Part shown: positions 44,050 to 54,382 of the stretch, in pieces | Position numbering within the stretch: the stretch's first letter is position 1 | Layout of the letters: every line of letters begins with the position of its first letter | Assembly (NCBI GenBank): GCA_025350915.1 | Contig: JANXWX010000034.1 | Coordinates: forward strand, 8,677 to 72,676 | Direction of reading: 5' to 3' | Source: Nitrosomonadales bacterium | Lineage (GTDB): Bacteria; Pseudomonadota; Gammaproteobacteria; Burkholderiales; Gallionellaceae | DNA length: 64,000 nucleotides | Notes under the pieces: model-generated | Told to the model about the DNA's origin: nothing | Databases searched by the model: none | Seen by the model: the letters and a program-made list of their open reading frames with translations, nothing else | Position numbers and translations under genes: made by a program

Positions 44050-45042
44050 ATGAATATTTCAGTATTAGGTGCCGGCGCCTGGGGAACCGCGCTGGCAATC
44101 AGCCTGGCACCACGACACCACGTTACCCTGTGGGTGCGCAACAAACAGCAAATTGCCGACATGCGCAGCGCGGGTAAGAATCAGGCATATCTTCCGGAAT
44201 TTGCTTTGCCTGAAGCGCTGCAACTGGAGCATGACTTTGATGCGGCTTTGCGCGGCACAGAAATGATCATACTGGCTGTGCCTATCTCCGCCCTGCGCGC
44301 CACCCTCACACTCATCTCGCGTTTGCCTGCCCCCGTTCCCGTGGTCTGGCTGTGTAAAGGCTTTGAAGCGGAAACCGCGCTGTTGGCACATCAGATCGTT
44401 GCTGAAATTTTACCCGCTACTTTTCCGAGCGCGGTATTGTCAGGCCCCAGCTTCGCGCAGGAAGTGGCGAAAAATTTACCTACTGCACTGGTGTTGGCAT
44501 CAACGGATATGGAATTTGCACGGCAGGCAGCACAGAGTTTGCACAACCCACGTTTGCGCATATACACCAGTAATGATGTGGTGGGCGTGGAAGTGGGCGG
44601 TGCGGTAAAAAATGTGCTGGCCATTGCCGCAGGTATTTCAGACGGCATGGGCTTCGGTTACAACACGCGTGCAGCATTGTTAACGCGCGGCTTGTCTGAA
44701 ATGACCCGACTGGGGCTCAGATTGGGCGGTCGCGCCGAAACCCTCGGTGGTTTATCTGGCGTGGGCGATTTGATCTTGACCTGCACCGGTGATTTGTCAC
44801 GCAACCGTAATGTCGGCTTGTTGCTGGCGCAGAAATATGACCTGCCTTCTATCCTGAAAAAATTGGGCCATGTTGCCGAAGGCGTTTACACCGTCAAAGC
44901 GGTGCATCAACTGGTGCAAAAACTGGGCGTCGAAATGCCGATTTGTGAAGCGGTTTACCGCATACTTTATGAGCAGGTTGATGCAGCCAGAGTGGTGGAG
45001 GAGCTGCTTGGCAGAATACCGGATACCGAGTTTCGTAACTGA
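44050..45042 (+). CDS. gpsA: NAD(P)H-dependent glycerol-3-phosphate dehydrogenase
   Basis: 330-aa ORF. VLGAGAWGTALA, LSGPSFAQEV and KNVLAIAAGISDG are present. Confidence 0.95.
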   Translation: MNISVLGAGAWGTALAISLAPRHHVTLWVRNKQQIADMRSAGKNQAYLPEFALPEALQLEHDFDAALRGTEMIILAVPISALRATLTLISRLPAPVPVVWLCKGFEAETALLAHQIVAEILPATFPSAVLSGPSFAQEVAKNLPTALVLASTDMEFARQAAQSLHNPRLRIYTSNDVVGVEVGGAVKNVLAIAAGISDGMGFGYNTRAALLTRGLSEMTRLGLRLGGRAETLGGLSGVGDLILTCTGDLSRNRNVGLLLAQKYDLPSILKKLGHVAEGVYTVKAVHQLVQKLGVEMPICEAVYRILYEQVDAARVVEELLGRIPDTEFRN

Positions 45043-45070
45043 TTAACACCAAAGCGGTGTTTGTGAAGCG

Positions 45071-45544
45071 TTAAACTGCCCCCGTAAACCCCAACTGCCG
45101 CCACACTTCATACACCGCCACTGCCACCGAGTTGGATAAATTCAAACTGCGATTGTCGGGCATCATCGGCAGGCGCAAACGCTGTTCCGGTTTGAGTGAA
45201 GCCAAAATATCCGCTGGCAGCCCGCGACTTTCTGGCCCGAAAAGCAGCGCATCTCCGGTTTGAAATTGAGCTTTATGAAAGTGATTTGATGCTTTGGTGG
45301 TCAAGGCAAACAGCCTTGAAGCAGGCAACGTCTGCAAGCAATCGTTAAGATTGTCATGGACTTTCATCTCGGAAAATTCGTGATAATCCAGACCGGCGCG
45401 GCGTAATTGTTTGTCGTCAATATCAAATCCCAGAGGACGAACCAAATGCAGTTGCGCACCGGTGTTTGCACACAGGCGAATAATATTGCCGGTGTTGGGC
45501 GGAATTTCCGGTTCAAATAAAATAACGTGAACCAGCGGGCTCAA
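45071..45544 (-). CDS. trmL: tRNA (cytidine/uridine-34 2'-O)-methyltransferase TrmL
   Basis: 157-aa SPOUT-fold [42 protein letters not shown] and [10 protein letters not shown] are present. Confidence 0.9.
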   Translation of the reverse strand: MSPLVHVILFEPEIPPNTGNIIRLCANTGAQLHLVRPLGFDIDDKQLRRAGLDYHEFSEMKVHDNLNDCLQTLPASRLFALTTKASNHFHKAQFQTGDALLFGPESRGLPADILASLKPEQRLRLPMMPDNRSLNLSNSVAVAVYEVWRQLGFTGAV

Positions 45545-45551
45545 CGTGCAG

Positions 45552-46397
45552 TTACCAGTTACCGGTGACCATCAGGCCGACCGTATCAAGCGTAACCATC
45601 GGTGCAACCTTGACGCTCTTTGTCTGTTTATTGGTATCCATCACAGTGTTAACCGCTTCCCAAGCCATATACCAACCCAGTACTACCTGCGAAGGAAAAT
45701 GGGCATCATCATTGATGCGAGACCAGCCGGCGGCTGCAGAGGCCAGATAGGCGGGATATTTCACCCAGCCATTGTCGGGATTCATCGCGGCAATGGTGAG
45801 AAAGGGTACTGCACCCACAAACGAATGACCGCTGACGCCGTGGCCATCCTGAATATTGATAATACGCCATGCCGAGCCGGTGTCAGATTCCCCCGGGCGT
45901 GCCGCACCGGTCGTCCACTGCATTACCCACATTGCCGGCAGCCCGGCGATATAGGCACGACTGGCGTTAGCGCCCCAATTGCCGATGGCAGTATCGGTAT
46001 CAATATAATTGATACTGGCAGCAAGCAGCGCCACGGGCACCATATATTTCCCTTCGCCGAAGGTCTTTGCATAAAAGCCGCTGGGGTTGCTTATATTGCT
46101 GGCCCAGGAGTTTGTTTTTTCGCTGCGTACACTGTCCTGATACCAGTTTCGTATACTCATGTCGACGTTGGTATTGGCAGCGATACCGCCCAGTCCAAAA
46201 GCGATACCGAGGCGAATCAGGCGATCTTTGCTGTAAAAGTTTCCATAATCGTTCGAGATCGTGCTGCCAATCGAGGGGCTCGCTGTGCTAACAACCTCTT
46301 CAGCAGCTTGCACTGCCTGAAGTAACAATGTGGCGGTGGCAAGAAAAAATAAAACAGTCAGGCGCATCAAATTCTGCTGCGTGGTGCTCTTTAACAA
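45552..46397 (-). CDS. PAP2-superfamily phosphatase, secreted/membrane
   Basis: 281-aa ORF with a signal peptide. The three acid-phosphatase motifs occur in order: GAARPGE, VSGHSF and [16 protein letters not shown]. Confidence 0.7.
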   Translation of the reverse strand: MLKSTTQQNLMRLTVLFFLATATLLLQAVQAAEEVVSTASPSIGSTISNDYGNFYSKDRLIRLGIAFGLGGIAANTNVDMSIRNWYQDSVRSEKTNSWASNISNPSGFYAKTFGEGKYMVPVALLAASINYIDTDTAIGNWGANASRAYIAGLPAMWVMQWTTGAARPGESDTGSAWRIINIQDGHGVSGHSFVGAVPFLTIAAMNPDNGWVKYPAYLASAAAGWSRINDDAHFPSQVVLGWYMAWEAVNTVMDTNKQTKSVKVAPMVTLDTVGLMVTGNW

Positions 46398-46688
46398 TGC
46401 AGTCCCCTTAAAATATCGAGTGAGTTAAGTAAGTTGAATCTACAGCGAACGCGGCTTAGCCCGAAATCGCCTGAATTGTGCAGCCGGAGTTGAATGAAAG
46501 CACAGTCTGTGACAGTATCCGCAAAGTATTTCCAGTTTTAGCCGTTAACGCTATCATTGGGCGGCAAAATTATAGCAGAGATCAGGCGTAAAGCAGGGTG
46601 CAGACTAAGAACGGAAAAAACCGCGAGCTAAGCGGTACCATGTCTTGCAGATTAAACTAGAACCAACTTAAACACGGGGCAACATGCT

Positions 46689-48392
46689 ATGGCACGTCCG
46701 GAAAAAATTCGCTTAGGCGATCTGCTGGTAACGCAAAAACTGATCACGATGGAACAGCTGACCACCGCGCTGGATCAGCAAAAACGCACAGGCCGTAAAT
46801 TGGGCCGCGTCTTGGTTGATAATTCTTACGTAACCGAAGACCAGATCTCCGAGGCGCTCGCCAAGCAGCTCAATATTCCGTTCATCAACCTCAAATTTTA
46901 TAACGTCAATATCGACATGGTACGCCGCTTGCCGGAGAGCCAGGCACGCCGTTTCCGCGCCATTGTGCTTGAAGAGCGCAATGGCATGCTGTTGGTGGGC
47001 ATGACCGATCCGTCCGACTTGGGATCCTTCGATGAAATTACCCGGTTGTTGAAGCGTGATATCGACCTCGCGGTTGTTACCGAGGGGCAGTTGCTGGAAG
47101 TGATTGATCGCGTATACCGACGCACGGAAGAAATTACCGGACTGGCGAAAGAGCTATCAGAAGACCTCGGTGATACGGTCATCGACTTCGGCTTGCTCTC
47201 GGATTCAGTAGGGCTTGAAGAAGCACCGGTGGTGAAGCTGTTGCAAAGTATGTTTAATGATGCAACGCAGGTGCGAGCATCCGACATTCATATCGAACCG
47301 CAAGAAGGTGTGCTTAAAATCCGTTTCCGTATCGATGGTGAGTTGCATCTACAGGCAGAAGCCGACAGCAAAATTGCACCCTCGTTAGTGTTGCGTTTAA
47401 AACTGATGTCAGGGCTGGATATATCGGAAAAGCGCTTGCCGCAAGACGGTCGCTTGAATATTCGTGTGCGCGACCAGTCAATAGACGTGCGTATTTCCAC
47501 CATGCCAACCCAGCATGGCGAAGCTGTCGTCATGCGTTTGCTAAATCAAAGCGGCGGTGCGCTTTCACTGGACAAATTGGGCATGCCGGAAAGCATGCTG
47601 ATCCGATTCCGTCAAATTATCAGTCGCAGTAGCGGTATGGTGTTGGTGACCGGGCCAACGGGTAGCGGTAAGACATCTACGCTGTATGCGGCCTTGGCCG
47701 AAATCAATACCGTCAATCAAAAGATAATTACCGTTGAAGATCCGGTAGAGTTTCGCTTGCCCGGCATCAATCAAGTACAGGTAAACGAGAAAATTGATTT
47801 GTCCTTTGCACGCGTCCTGCGCGCCGCCTTGCGGCAGGATCCCGATGTCATACTGGTGGGCGAGATGCGTGACAATGAAACTGCACAAATAGGTCTGCGT
47901 GCCGCGATGACGGGCCACCTGGTGCTGTCTACGCTGCATACGCGTGACACAGCCGGAACCCTGTTCCGTCTGGTGGATATGGGCGTGCCCAAATTCATGG
48001 TGGCTTCTTCGGTACAGGTGGTATTGGCACAGCGCCTGTTGCGGCGCGTATGTGAAAGTTGCAAGGAACCTTACACCCCCACCCCGCAAGAAGGCGAGTG
48101 GCTGTCGCATGAAGGCGTTGAAAAAGGGCAGCTCGGTAAACTGATGAAGGGGCGCGGTTGTTCACATTGCAATGGAACCGGATATCGCGGACGTATGGGC
48201 GTATATGAAATGCTGGAAATGACCCAGATACTGGTGGAAGCCGCCGCCCATCAGGATTCCAACCATTTTATGCAGGCTGCGCGCGAGTACATGAAGGGCA
48301 AGACCTTGATAGATCACGCCCTGCATCAGATGATACTCGGCAATACTACTGTGGCCGAAGTAATGAGTGTCAGCAATGACAGGGAAGACTGA
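46689..48392 (+). CDS. mshE: MSHA-type pilus assembly ATPase MshE (GspE/PulE family) with N-terminal MshEN domain
   Basis: 567-aa ORF. Tandem RLGxxLVxxxLIxxxQLxxALxxQ-like motifs lie at residues 8-60. Walker A GPTGSGKTS, Asp box, Walker B ILVGEMRD, His box LVLSTLHT and the tetracysteine CESC...CSHC are present. Confidence 0.9.
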   Translation: MARPEKIRLGDLLVTQKLITMEQLTTALDQQKRTGRKLGRVLVDNSYVTEDQISEALAKQLNIPFINLKFYNVNIDMVRRLPESQARRFRAIVLEERNGMLLVGMTDPSDLGSFDEITRLLKRDIDLAVVTEGQLLEVIDRVYRRTEEITGLAKELSEDLGDTVIDFGLLSDSVGLEEAPVVKLLQSMFNDATQVRASDIHIEPQEGVLKIRFRIDGELHLQAEADSKIAPSLVLRLKLMSGLDISEKRLPQDGRLNIRVRDQSIDVRISTMPTQHGEAVVMRLLNQSGGALSLDKLGMPESMLIRFRQIISRSSGMVLVTGPTGSGKTSTLYAALAEINTVNQKIITVEDPVEFRLPGINQVQVNEKIDLSFARVLRAALRQDPDVILVGEMRDNETAQIGLRAAMTGHLVLSTLHTRDTAGTLFRLVDMGVPKFMVASSVQVVLAQRLLRRVCESCKEPYTPTPQEGEWLSHEGVEKGQLGKLMKGRGCSHCNGTGYRGRMGVYEMLEMTQILVEAAAHQDSNHFMQAAREYMKGKTLIDHALHQMILGNTTVAEVMSVSNDRED

Positions 48393-49624
48393 TGGCAGTA
48401 TTTGCATACAGGGGTAGGAATACCAGCGGTGATCTGGAGCAGGGCACGCTGGAAGGAGACGACAGCACCGCCGTTGCGGACCAGTTGTTTAAACGTGGCA
48501 TCACGCCCACTGAAATCAAACTGACCAGCAAGGTTGCTGAAGTCGCAACCAGCGGTGCCTCACTATGGCAAACCCTGAACGAACGGAAAGTCGACGTTGT
48601 AGAGCTAATGCTATTCAGCCGGCAAATGAACACGCTGTTACGAGCAGGTGTGCCTATCATGCGTGCATTGGCAGGGTTGCAGGAGTCTGCTCAAAATCCA
48701 ACCATGGTTGCGACGCTGCAAAGTTTGCGCGAAAGTCTGGATAGCGGCCGTGAGTTGAGCGCGGCGATGCGCCTGCTTCCAAAAATATTTTCCCCGTTCT
48801 ATGTCAGCATGGTACAGGTAGGAGAAATGACAGGATTGCTGGACGAAACTTTTATGCGCCTATATGGGCATCTTGAGTTTGAAAAAGAAATGAGTGAACG
48901 CGTTAAATCTGCTTTGCGCTACCCAATGTTTGTGCTGATTGCCATGGCATTAGCAATAATCGTTATAAACGTACTTGTCATCCCTGCATTTGCCAAGGTA
49001 TTTGCCGGGTTCCATACCGAGCTTCCACTGATGACACGAATGTTGATGGGTTTCTCCAATTTTATGGTGAGTTATTGGATTTATTTACTGGCTATAGTTG
49101 TAGGAACAGTATTTGGGATACGCAAATACATTAGTACAACGACAGGACGATATGCATGGGATAAATACAAGTTGGAGATTCCTATCGCCGGCAAAATTAT
49201 CATGAAAACGACCCTTGCGCGATTTGCGCGTAGTTTGGCGCTCGCATTCAAAAGCGGAATCCCGATTTTGCAAGGGTTAACAGTTGTGTCAATGGTGGTG
49301 GATAATACTTTCTTCCGCAGTCGTATTGAACAAATGCGCGATGGTGTAGAACGTGGTGAAAGTATTTTGCGCACAGCCGTTGCAGCAGCGGTATTCGACC
49401 CTACTGTGTTGCAAATGATTGCAATCGGCGAAGAAACGGGTGATATGGATGGCCTGATGTTTGAAATTGCCGGTATGTACGAGCGGGATGTCGAGTACGA
49501 AATAAAAACGTTGGCAGAACAGATCGAGCCTATCATGATTGTAGCGTTGGGAATTATGGTGTTGATACTTGCTTTGGGTGTCTTTCTGCCGATGTGGGAT
49601 ATGGGCAAGGCGGCGTTACATTGA
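48392..49624 (+). CDS. mshG: type IV pilus platform protein MshG (GspF/PilC family)
   Basis: 410-aa ORF. Its start overlaps the mshE stop (TGATG). It has two T2SSF repeats (LFSRQMNTLLRAGVPI and FARSLALAFKSGIPI) and three TM helices. Confidence 0.88.
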   Translation: MAVFAYRGRNTSGDLEQGTLEGDDSTAVADQLFKRGITPTEIKLTSKVAEVATSGASLWQTLNERKVDVVELMLFSRQMNTLLRAGVPIMRALAGLQESAQNPTMVATLQSLRESLDSGRELSAAMRLLPKIFSPFYVSMVQVGEMTGLLDETFMRLYGHLEFEKEMSERVKSALRYPMFVLIAMALAIIVINVLVIPAFAKVFAGFHTELPLMTRMLMGFSNFMVSYWIYLLAIVVGTVFGIRKYISTTTGRYAWDKYKLEIPIAGKIIMKTTLARFARSLALAFKSGIPILQGLTVVSMVVDNTFFRSRIEQMRDGVERGESILRTAVAAAVFDPTVLQMIAIGEETGDMDGLMFEIAGMYERDVEYEIKTLAEQIEPIMIVALGIMVLILALGVFLPMWDMGKAALH

Positions 49625-49667
49625 GGCGAGCATTATAAGAAAAAGAATTTTCACGGGGAATGGCGAA

Positions 49668-50216
49668 TTGAACAGCGACAAATTGAATCATCCAGTTACT
49701 GGCAAGGGGTTCACCCTGATTGAACTGGTTATCGTAATAAGTTTGATTGCTGTACTTGCTGGTATGCTGTTAAGCCGTGTTCTGGTTTATCAGGAGTTGG
49801 CGGAAAAAGCCGCAATGCAACAAGTGGTCAGCGCGCTGCAAAGTTCATTGTTGTTGCAGTACGGACATCGTATGACCCTTGGTTTGGGGAGCGAATTAAA
49901 AGATATAGTTAATGAAAACCCGATGGAGTGGCTAGCGCTCAAGCCGAACAATTATTCTGGTGAAATAAAAAAAATCAGACCCGGCGTAATCGATCCCGGC
50001 ACTTGGGGTTTTGATACACAAACGCGCGAGTTGGTCTATGCGCCCTATCATACAACCCATTTTGTAACGCCAAAGGACGGTCAGAAATTGATAAGATTTC
50101 GTACCCGGCTGGTTTATGAAAATATGCCCGGCAGGAAATACAAGGGTAGCAAGGAGCTCGCCGGGGTAACGTTCTCAGCGATAGAACCCTATCAATGGAC
50201 AATACAGGAAAAATAA
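49668..50216 (+). CDS. prepilin-type N-terminal cleavage/methylation domain protein (minor pilin, MshB/MshF position)
   Basis: The class III signal is [20 protein letters not shown]. There is no in-frame ATG after the mshG stop. I use the in-frame TTG at 49668, 8 nt after GGGGA. The TTG at 49683 is an alternative, so the start is uncertain. Confidence 0.65.
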   Translation: MNSDKLNHPVTGKGFTLIELVIVISLIAVLAGMLLSRVLVYQELAEKAAMQQVVSALQSSLLLQYGHRMTLGLGSELKDIVNENPMEWLALKPNNYSGEIKKIRPGVIDPGTWGFDTQTRELVYAPYHTTHFVTPKDGQKLIRFRTRLVYENMPGRKYKGSKELAGVTFSAIEPYQWTIQEK

Positions 50217-50840
50217 ATGGACACATTATTCTCAGATGAATTGTTAACACATAGCTTCTTCATATTTTTACTGCTGGGAAGTGTGGTCGGTATGATAGCA
50301 GGCGCAACTTTGCTGATTCGGCCGGGCTGGCTTTTGCAGGCAGGCAAGGTGGTTAATCGCTGGGTTTCAACACGTAAATTGATGCGCATATTTGCACGTT
50401 CGGTAGCTTTGGAAGGCTGGCTTTATCGTTACAATGTTGTATTCGGCGTGCTGCTGTCAGTGTGCTCCCTCTATATAATTTATTTCTTTACAGTCGTATT
50501 TGATAAAAAGCTCGAGCAGAACAACTTTTTCAAATTTGATTCAATTCCGCCTATACTGATGGATGGTCTTTTAGATGCAGCGACATTGTTCTTTTTAATT
50601 GCTGCAGTATTTATTTTTTTGATCAGTCTGTTTTTGATTTTCAGACCCAGTATGCTCAAAGATTTAGAGGACAGAGCGAATCATAAAACCTCAATACGCA
50701 AAGGGCTAAAGCCGCTCGAAAAATTGCATGATAGTTTGGATCAGTACGTTCTGAAACATAAGCGAGTGGTTGGTTTGCTACTCTTTACCGGCAGCGTTTA
50801 TACCTTGGCGACACTTGCATTGCATTGGAAAGTGATTTAA
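50217..50840 (+). CDS. hypothetical four-TM membrane protein inside the pilus locus
   Basis: 207-aa ORF starting 1 nt after the preceding stop. It has four hydrophobic helices. I recognise no family motif. Confidence 0.55.
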   Translation: MDTLFSDELLTHSFFIFLLLGSVVGMIAGATLLIRPGWLLQAGKVVNRWVSTRKLMRIFARSVALEGWLYRYNVVFGVLLSVCSLYIIYFFTVVFDKKLEQNNFFKFDSIPPILMDGLLDAATLFFLIAAVFIFLISLFLIFRPSMLKDLEDRANHKTSIRKGLKPLEKLHDSLDQYVLKHKRVVGLLLFTGSVYTLATLALHWKVI

Positions 50841-51065
50841 TAAGTACCGCGTAATTGTTAGCCGGCGTTCTATCAGCTTGAAAGGTATGATTCCCCGGAT
50901 GAAAGGTACTTGTAAGTACTTGGGAATTAAACTACATTCTGCCGGCTTGTGCGAATTGTGTGCTGCGGCACTTTGATTGGTTCAGGTGTAACAAGACAAT
51001 GTGCGGGTTCGTATATTGAAAAAATTGGGGCTGCGGCCCTTAAACTAAGTTCTAAGGAGAGCATA

Positions 51066-51635
51066 ATGAAAAACCAAAAAGGATTTACGTTAATTGAATT
51101 AATCGTCGTAATCGTTATTCTGGGGATCTTGGCAGCAACAGCGTTGCCAAGATTTACAAACCTGCAACGGGATGCACGCGTTGCGAAATTGAACGCTGTT
51201 CGTGGTTCCGTACAGGCAGCAACTGCACTTATACGCTCAACTGTATTGGTCCGCGCAGGTACAACCGATGCTGCTGTTTGTACAGGTGGTGGTACTGCAA
51301 ATAACCTGGTTGGTGCAGCTGGTACGGTATGTACTGAGAACGGTATCGTCAACCTTGTAAACGGTTATCCAGCCAGTTCTGCATTTGGTACGGCAGGTAT
51401 TATTTCGGCAGCAGGTCTTGTTAGCACACCATTCGCGCCTACATTGGCGAATTTGAATGCTGAAGGATACGGCGCAACAATTGCAGCACCTAGCACTGTA
51501 TTTTCAGTAATTGGTGGTACAGGCACGACAGGTGCTACTGGTGCGCAGATTAACGCGACTTGCTCCTTCACCTATGCAGCAGCTGCCGCCGGTGGTGCGC
51601 CAACTATAGGCGTACCTACTATCACGGGTTGTTAA
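51066..51635 (+). CDS. mshA: major MSHA-type pilin
   Basis: I place the start at ATG 51066, after AAGGAGAG. The leader and cleavage site are [30 protein letters not shown]. The Ala/Gly/Thr-rich globular part has two Cys pairs (C..VC and C..GC at the C-terminus). The track start at 50949 is an artefactual 5' extension. Confidence 0.85.
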   Translation: MKNQKGFTLIELIVVIVILGILAATALPRFTNLQRDARVAKLNAVRGSVQAATALIRSTVLVRAGTTDAAVCTGGGTANNLVGAAGTVCTENGIVNLVNGYPASSAFGTAGIISAAGLVSTPFAPTLANLNAEGYGATIAAPSTVFSVIGGTGTTGATGAQINATCSFTYAAAAAGGAPTIGVPTITGC

Positions 51636-51811
51636 AGTCAGGGCATAGAATGCTAAACTTGAAATGCATGTAACTGTACATAAGTAGATTCAGTTTCATA
51701 AGTGTGTTTAGCGTTCAGTTTTGGTACTTGGCTCCAAGATAATTATGCCCATTGATGCTAACAGTGACCGGTAGTTAATGTAACAACTCTGGCTAGATGG
51801 CGTTTACAACT

Positions 51812-51863
51812 AAACCCAACATTCAGCAATGCCATTTAGCTTTGCTTAATGTTGGGTTTTTTG
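51812..51863 (+). terminator. rho-independent terminator after the major pilin gene
   Basis: AAACCCAACATT...AATGTTGGGTTT forms a 12-bp stem. The loop contains an inner AGCAA/TTGCT stem. TTTTG follows. Confidence 0.6.
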
Positions 51864-51958
51864 TCGCACAGATTAAAAACATTAGCAGGCAAGCGTTCAG
51901 TCGTTGCTATGATAGATAAGCAAGAAGGCTTACAGATATTTGTGCATAAATAAATGTT

Positions 51959-52480
51959 ATGAACAGAATTTCCATAAAATTTATATTTTTTAAACGAAAT
52001 GCATCCGGTAGTGCAGGATTGATATCGTCAGCGCGTCAGCTGGGTTTTACTCTTGTGGAATTGATCACTATTATGGTTATCCTGGGTATTCTTGGCGCGA
52101 CTGCTGTACCACGTTTTTTTGACCGTAATGCTTTTGATAGTCGTGGATTTTATGATCAGACTGTTTCAACATTACGCTATGCACAAAAAATCGCAATCGC
52201 ACAACGAACAAGTGTTTGTGTCGTTGATTCGGCCACTGAAATAGGGATATTTGCTGCTGATTGCGTTACGCCATTAAATGTTTTTCCGGCACAAAATTGT
52301 GCGACCGATGGTCTGGTTTATCAGTACAAGATTTGTGTGAAATCTGGAATCACGATGACTTCGCCACCGGGAAATATTACTTTTAATGCTTTAGGCGGTA
52401 CGCCAGTACAAAAAATTTATACCGTGAGTGGATATAACTTGCCAATTACAGTTGAAGCGGAAACGGGATATGTACACTAA
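51959..52480 (+). CDS. prepilin-type minor pilin (MshC-like, GspH/FimT-type)
   Basis: 173-aa ORF. LG-FTLVELITIMVILGILGATAVPRF is followed by FYDQTVSTLRYAQKIAI. The 29-aa leader is unusually long, so the start is uncertain. Confidence 0.68.
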   Translation: MNRISIKFIFFKRNASGSAGLISSARQLGFTLVELITIMVILGILGATAVPRFFDRNAFDSRGFYDQTVSTLRYAQKIAIAQRTSVCVVDSATEIGIFAADCVTPLNVFPAQNCATDGLVYQYKICVKSGITMTSPPGNITFNALGGTPVQKIYTVSGYNLPITVEAETGYVH

Positions 52481-52991
52481 CCCGCTAACCACAGAAAAGT
52501 TACGCTCATCATTGGATAATTTAAATGAGGAATCTTTTTTTCAGCGTGGCATCAGCCTGATAGAGCTAATCGTTTTTATGGTCATTATGAGCGTCGCGGT
52601 GTCAGGAGTTCTGCTGATAATGAATAATGTAACCGGTCATAGTGCCGATAGCTTGTTGCGCAAGCAGGCGCTGGCCAGTGCAGAATCTTTGCTCGAAGAA
52701 ATCCAGTTGCGGGATTTTACAGCCGTGGCGGCGAATGCCCCGGTGACGTTGGCAAACAGAACGTCTGTTTATCATATTGTGAGTGACTATAATGGTTTCG
52801 CTACGGTAGGTATTTACTCGGCAACTACGGGGGCACAGGTACCGGGGCTGGCAAGTTATAGCGCGTTAGTGACTGTTACGCCAACGGCGCTCGGTGCAAT
52901 CGCTGCGGCGAACTCGGTGCTAATCACAGTGACCATCACTGACCCGGAGGGTAATCCCATGCGGGTGTCTGGCTACAGGACGAATTACTGA
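52470..52991 (+). CDS. prepilin-type minor pilin (MshD-like)
   Basis: I place the start at ATG 52470. RG-ISLIELIVFMVIMSVAVSG is followed by LRKQALASAESLLEEI. It overlaps the upstream gene by 11 nt. Confidence 0.68.
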   Translation: MYTNPLTTEKLRSSLDNLNEESFFQRGISLIELIVFMVIMSVAVSGVLLIMNNVTGHSADSLLRKQALASAESLLEEIQLRDFTAVAANAPVTLANRTSVYHIVSDYNGFATVGIYSATTGAQVPGLASYSALVTVTPTALGAIAAANSVLITVTITDPEGNPMRVSGYRTNY

Positions 52992-53842
52992 TGCTAAGCA
53001 TTAATAATAAGTTTAGTGGCTTCACCCTGATTGAGATGATCGTGGTGATGGTTATCACCGGTATCATCGGTGGTATGGTGGCAATTTTTATACAGGCACC
53101 GGTGAGGGGATACATGGATAGCGCTCGACGTGCTGAGATGACAGATATTGCAGATACGGCGCTACGCCGCCTTGCGCGTGACATCCGCACGGCCGTACCA
53201 AATAGTATTCGTGTGGCAACCTGTGGCATAACACCCTGTGTTGAGTATTTGCCAACTAAAGCAGGCGGACGTTACCGTGCAGATATACCGGGCAATATAT
53301 TGTATTTTGGTTCGCCTGGAGGCACATCCACATTTGATATTATCGGGCCGGCAATCAGTTTTGCCGCCGGCGATTTCATCGTGATTGGCAGCCAGCAGTC
53401 CGATGGTAATCCGCCCTATATCCAGGGTGCGGCTGGCATATTGCGTGCTTATACCGGTGGAACAGGGTTGCAAGCAACCGTCAGTTTTTCGAACACCGCA
53501 TTGCCAGTTTGGGCTGAGGTGCCCAGTCACCGTTTTGCAGTAGTGGATGGAACACAGCAGGCAGTAACCTACGCTTGTGTAGGCGTTGGTACTAATGTGG
53601 CAACTGGCGATGGTACCGGGGGTCTTAACCGGTACAGCAACTATGGTTTCAGATTTCCTCAAGCAGCTCCTACAACTTTAGGCGTTGCACCCGCCTTACT
53701 GGCTGATCGGATAAGTGCCTGCACGATAGTTTATAACCCGGTGAATCAGCGTGATGGTCTGGTGGAAATAACGCTGACGATTACGCGAGCAAATGAAAGC
53801 ATCAATCTGACCCATGCAATCCATGTTAATAACGTACCGTGA
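52991..53842 (+). CDS. prepilin-type minor pilin (MshO-like)
   Basis: 283-aa ORF. SG-FTLIEMIVVMVITGIIGGMVA is followed by ADTALRRLARDIRTAVPNSIRV. Confidence 0.72.
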   Translation: MLSINNKFSGFTLIEMIVVMVITGIIGGMVAIFIQAPVRGYMDSARRAEMTDIADTALRRLARDIRTAVPNSIRVATCGITPCVEYLPTKAGGRYRADIPGNILYFGSPGGTSTFDIIGPAISFAAGDFIVIGSQQSDGNPPYIQGAAGILRAYTGGTGLQATVSFSNTALPVWAEVPSHRFAVVDGTQQAVTYACVGVGTNVATGDGTGGLNRYSNYGFRFPQAAPTTLGVAPALLADRISACTIVYNPVNQRDGLVEITLTITRANESINLTHAIHVNNVP

Positions 53843-53846
53843 AAAT

Positions 53847-54278
53847 ATGAAACGTTACAGCAAACCATTGCAACAAGGATTCAGTATGATCACCGCTATC
53901 TTTCTGTTGGTGGTGCTGGGTACATTGGGCACCATGATGGTCACTTTTTTTGCCGCGCAACAGAAAAGTTCGGCGCAGGATGTGATGGGTTCACGCGCCT
54001 ATCAGGCAGCACGTGCTGGTATTGAGTGGGCTGCATTCAATATTGCACCACCCGCGGCTACACCTTGGCCAGGCTGCGTACCAGTTACTCCACTTGGCCC
54101 ACTGGCGGGGAGTTTGGCACCGTTCGCTGTGACGATCAATTGCGTTGTAACCCCCGTACTGGAAGGAACTGGAATCACCATTAATGTATACAGCATTACA
54201 TCAACTGCAGTTGCAGGTGGCCTGCCCGGAAATCCGGATTATGTAGAGCGTGTTATCACAGCAACTTTTGGGCGTTGA
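53847..54278 (+). CDS. pilus minor component (MshP / PilX-like)
   Basis: I place the start at ATG 53847. MKRYSKPLQQG-FSMITAIFLLVVLGTLG is followed by SRAYQAARAGIEWAA, as in PilX/MshP-type proteins. Confidence 0.62.
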   Translation: MKRYSKPLQQGFSMITAIFLLVVLGTLGTMMVTFFAAQQKSSAQDVMGSRAYQAARAGIEWAAFNIAPPAATPWPGCVPVTPLGPLAGSLAPFAVTINCVVTPVLEGTGITINVYSITSTAVAGGLPGNPDYVERVITATFGR

Positions 54279-54382
54279 GTTGAGTAATTAATCGTGTGAT
54301 CGAGATAGTTCATCATGCCAAATAATGATAGAAGAATTCGATCTACTAATTGCTAAATATAAATAATTTACCGGAGGCAAAG

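Noticed and set aside
45546-46325. A 259-aa plus-strand ORF lies antisense to the PAP2 phosphatase gene.
   Set aside because: It is a shadow ORF. Its translation is Gly/Arg/Cys/His-rich with no motif. The opposite strand carries an ordered set of PAP2 motifs and a signal peptide.
49967-49974. An A8 run lies inside the minor pilin gene. Another A8 run lies at 3591-3598, at the start of the hypothetical gene.
   Set aside because: A/T tracts of this length are common in AT-rich coding sequence (here Lys codons) and are below the usual length for phase variation.
50966-50980. A sigma54-like element, CGGCAC-N5-TTGG, lies about 85 nt upstream of the major pilin ATG.
   Set aside because: The -24 GG and the spacing fit. 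The -12 element reads GG instead of the conserved GC. I cannot support this as a promoter by eye.
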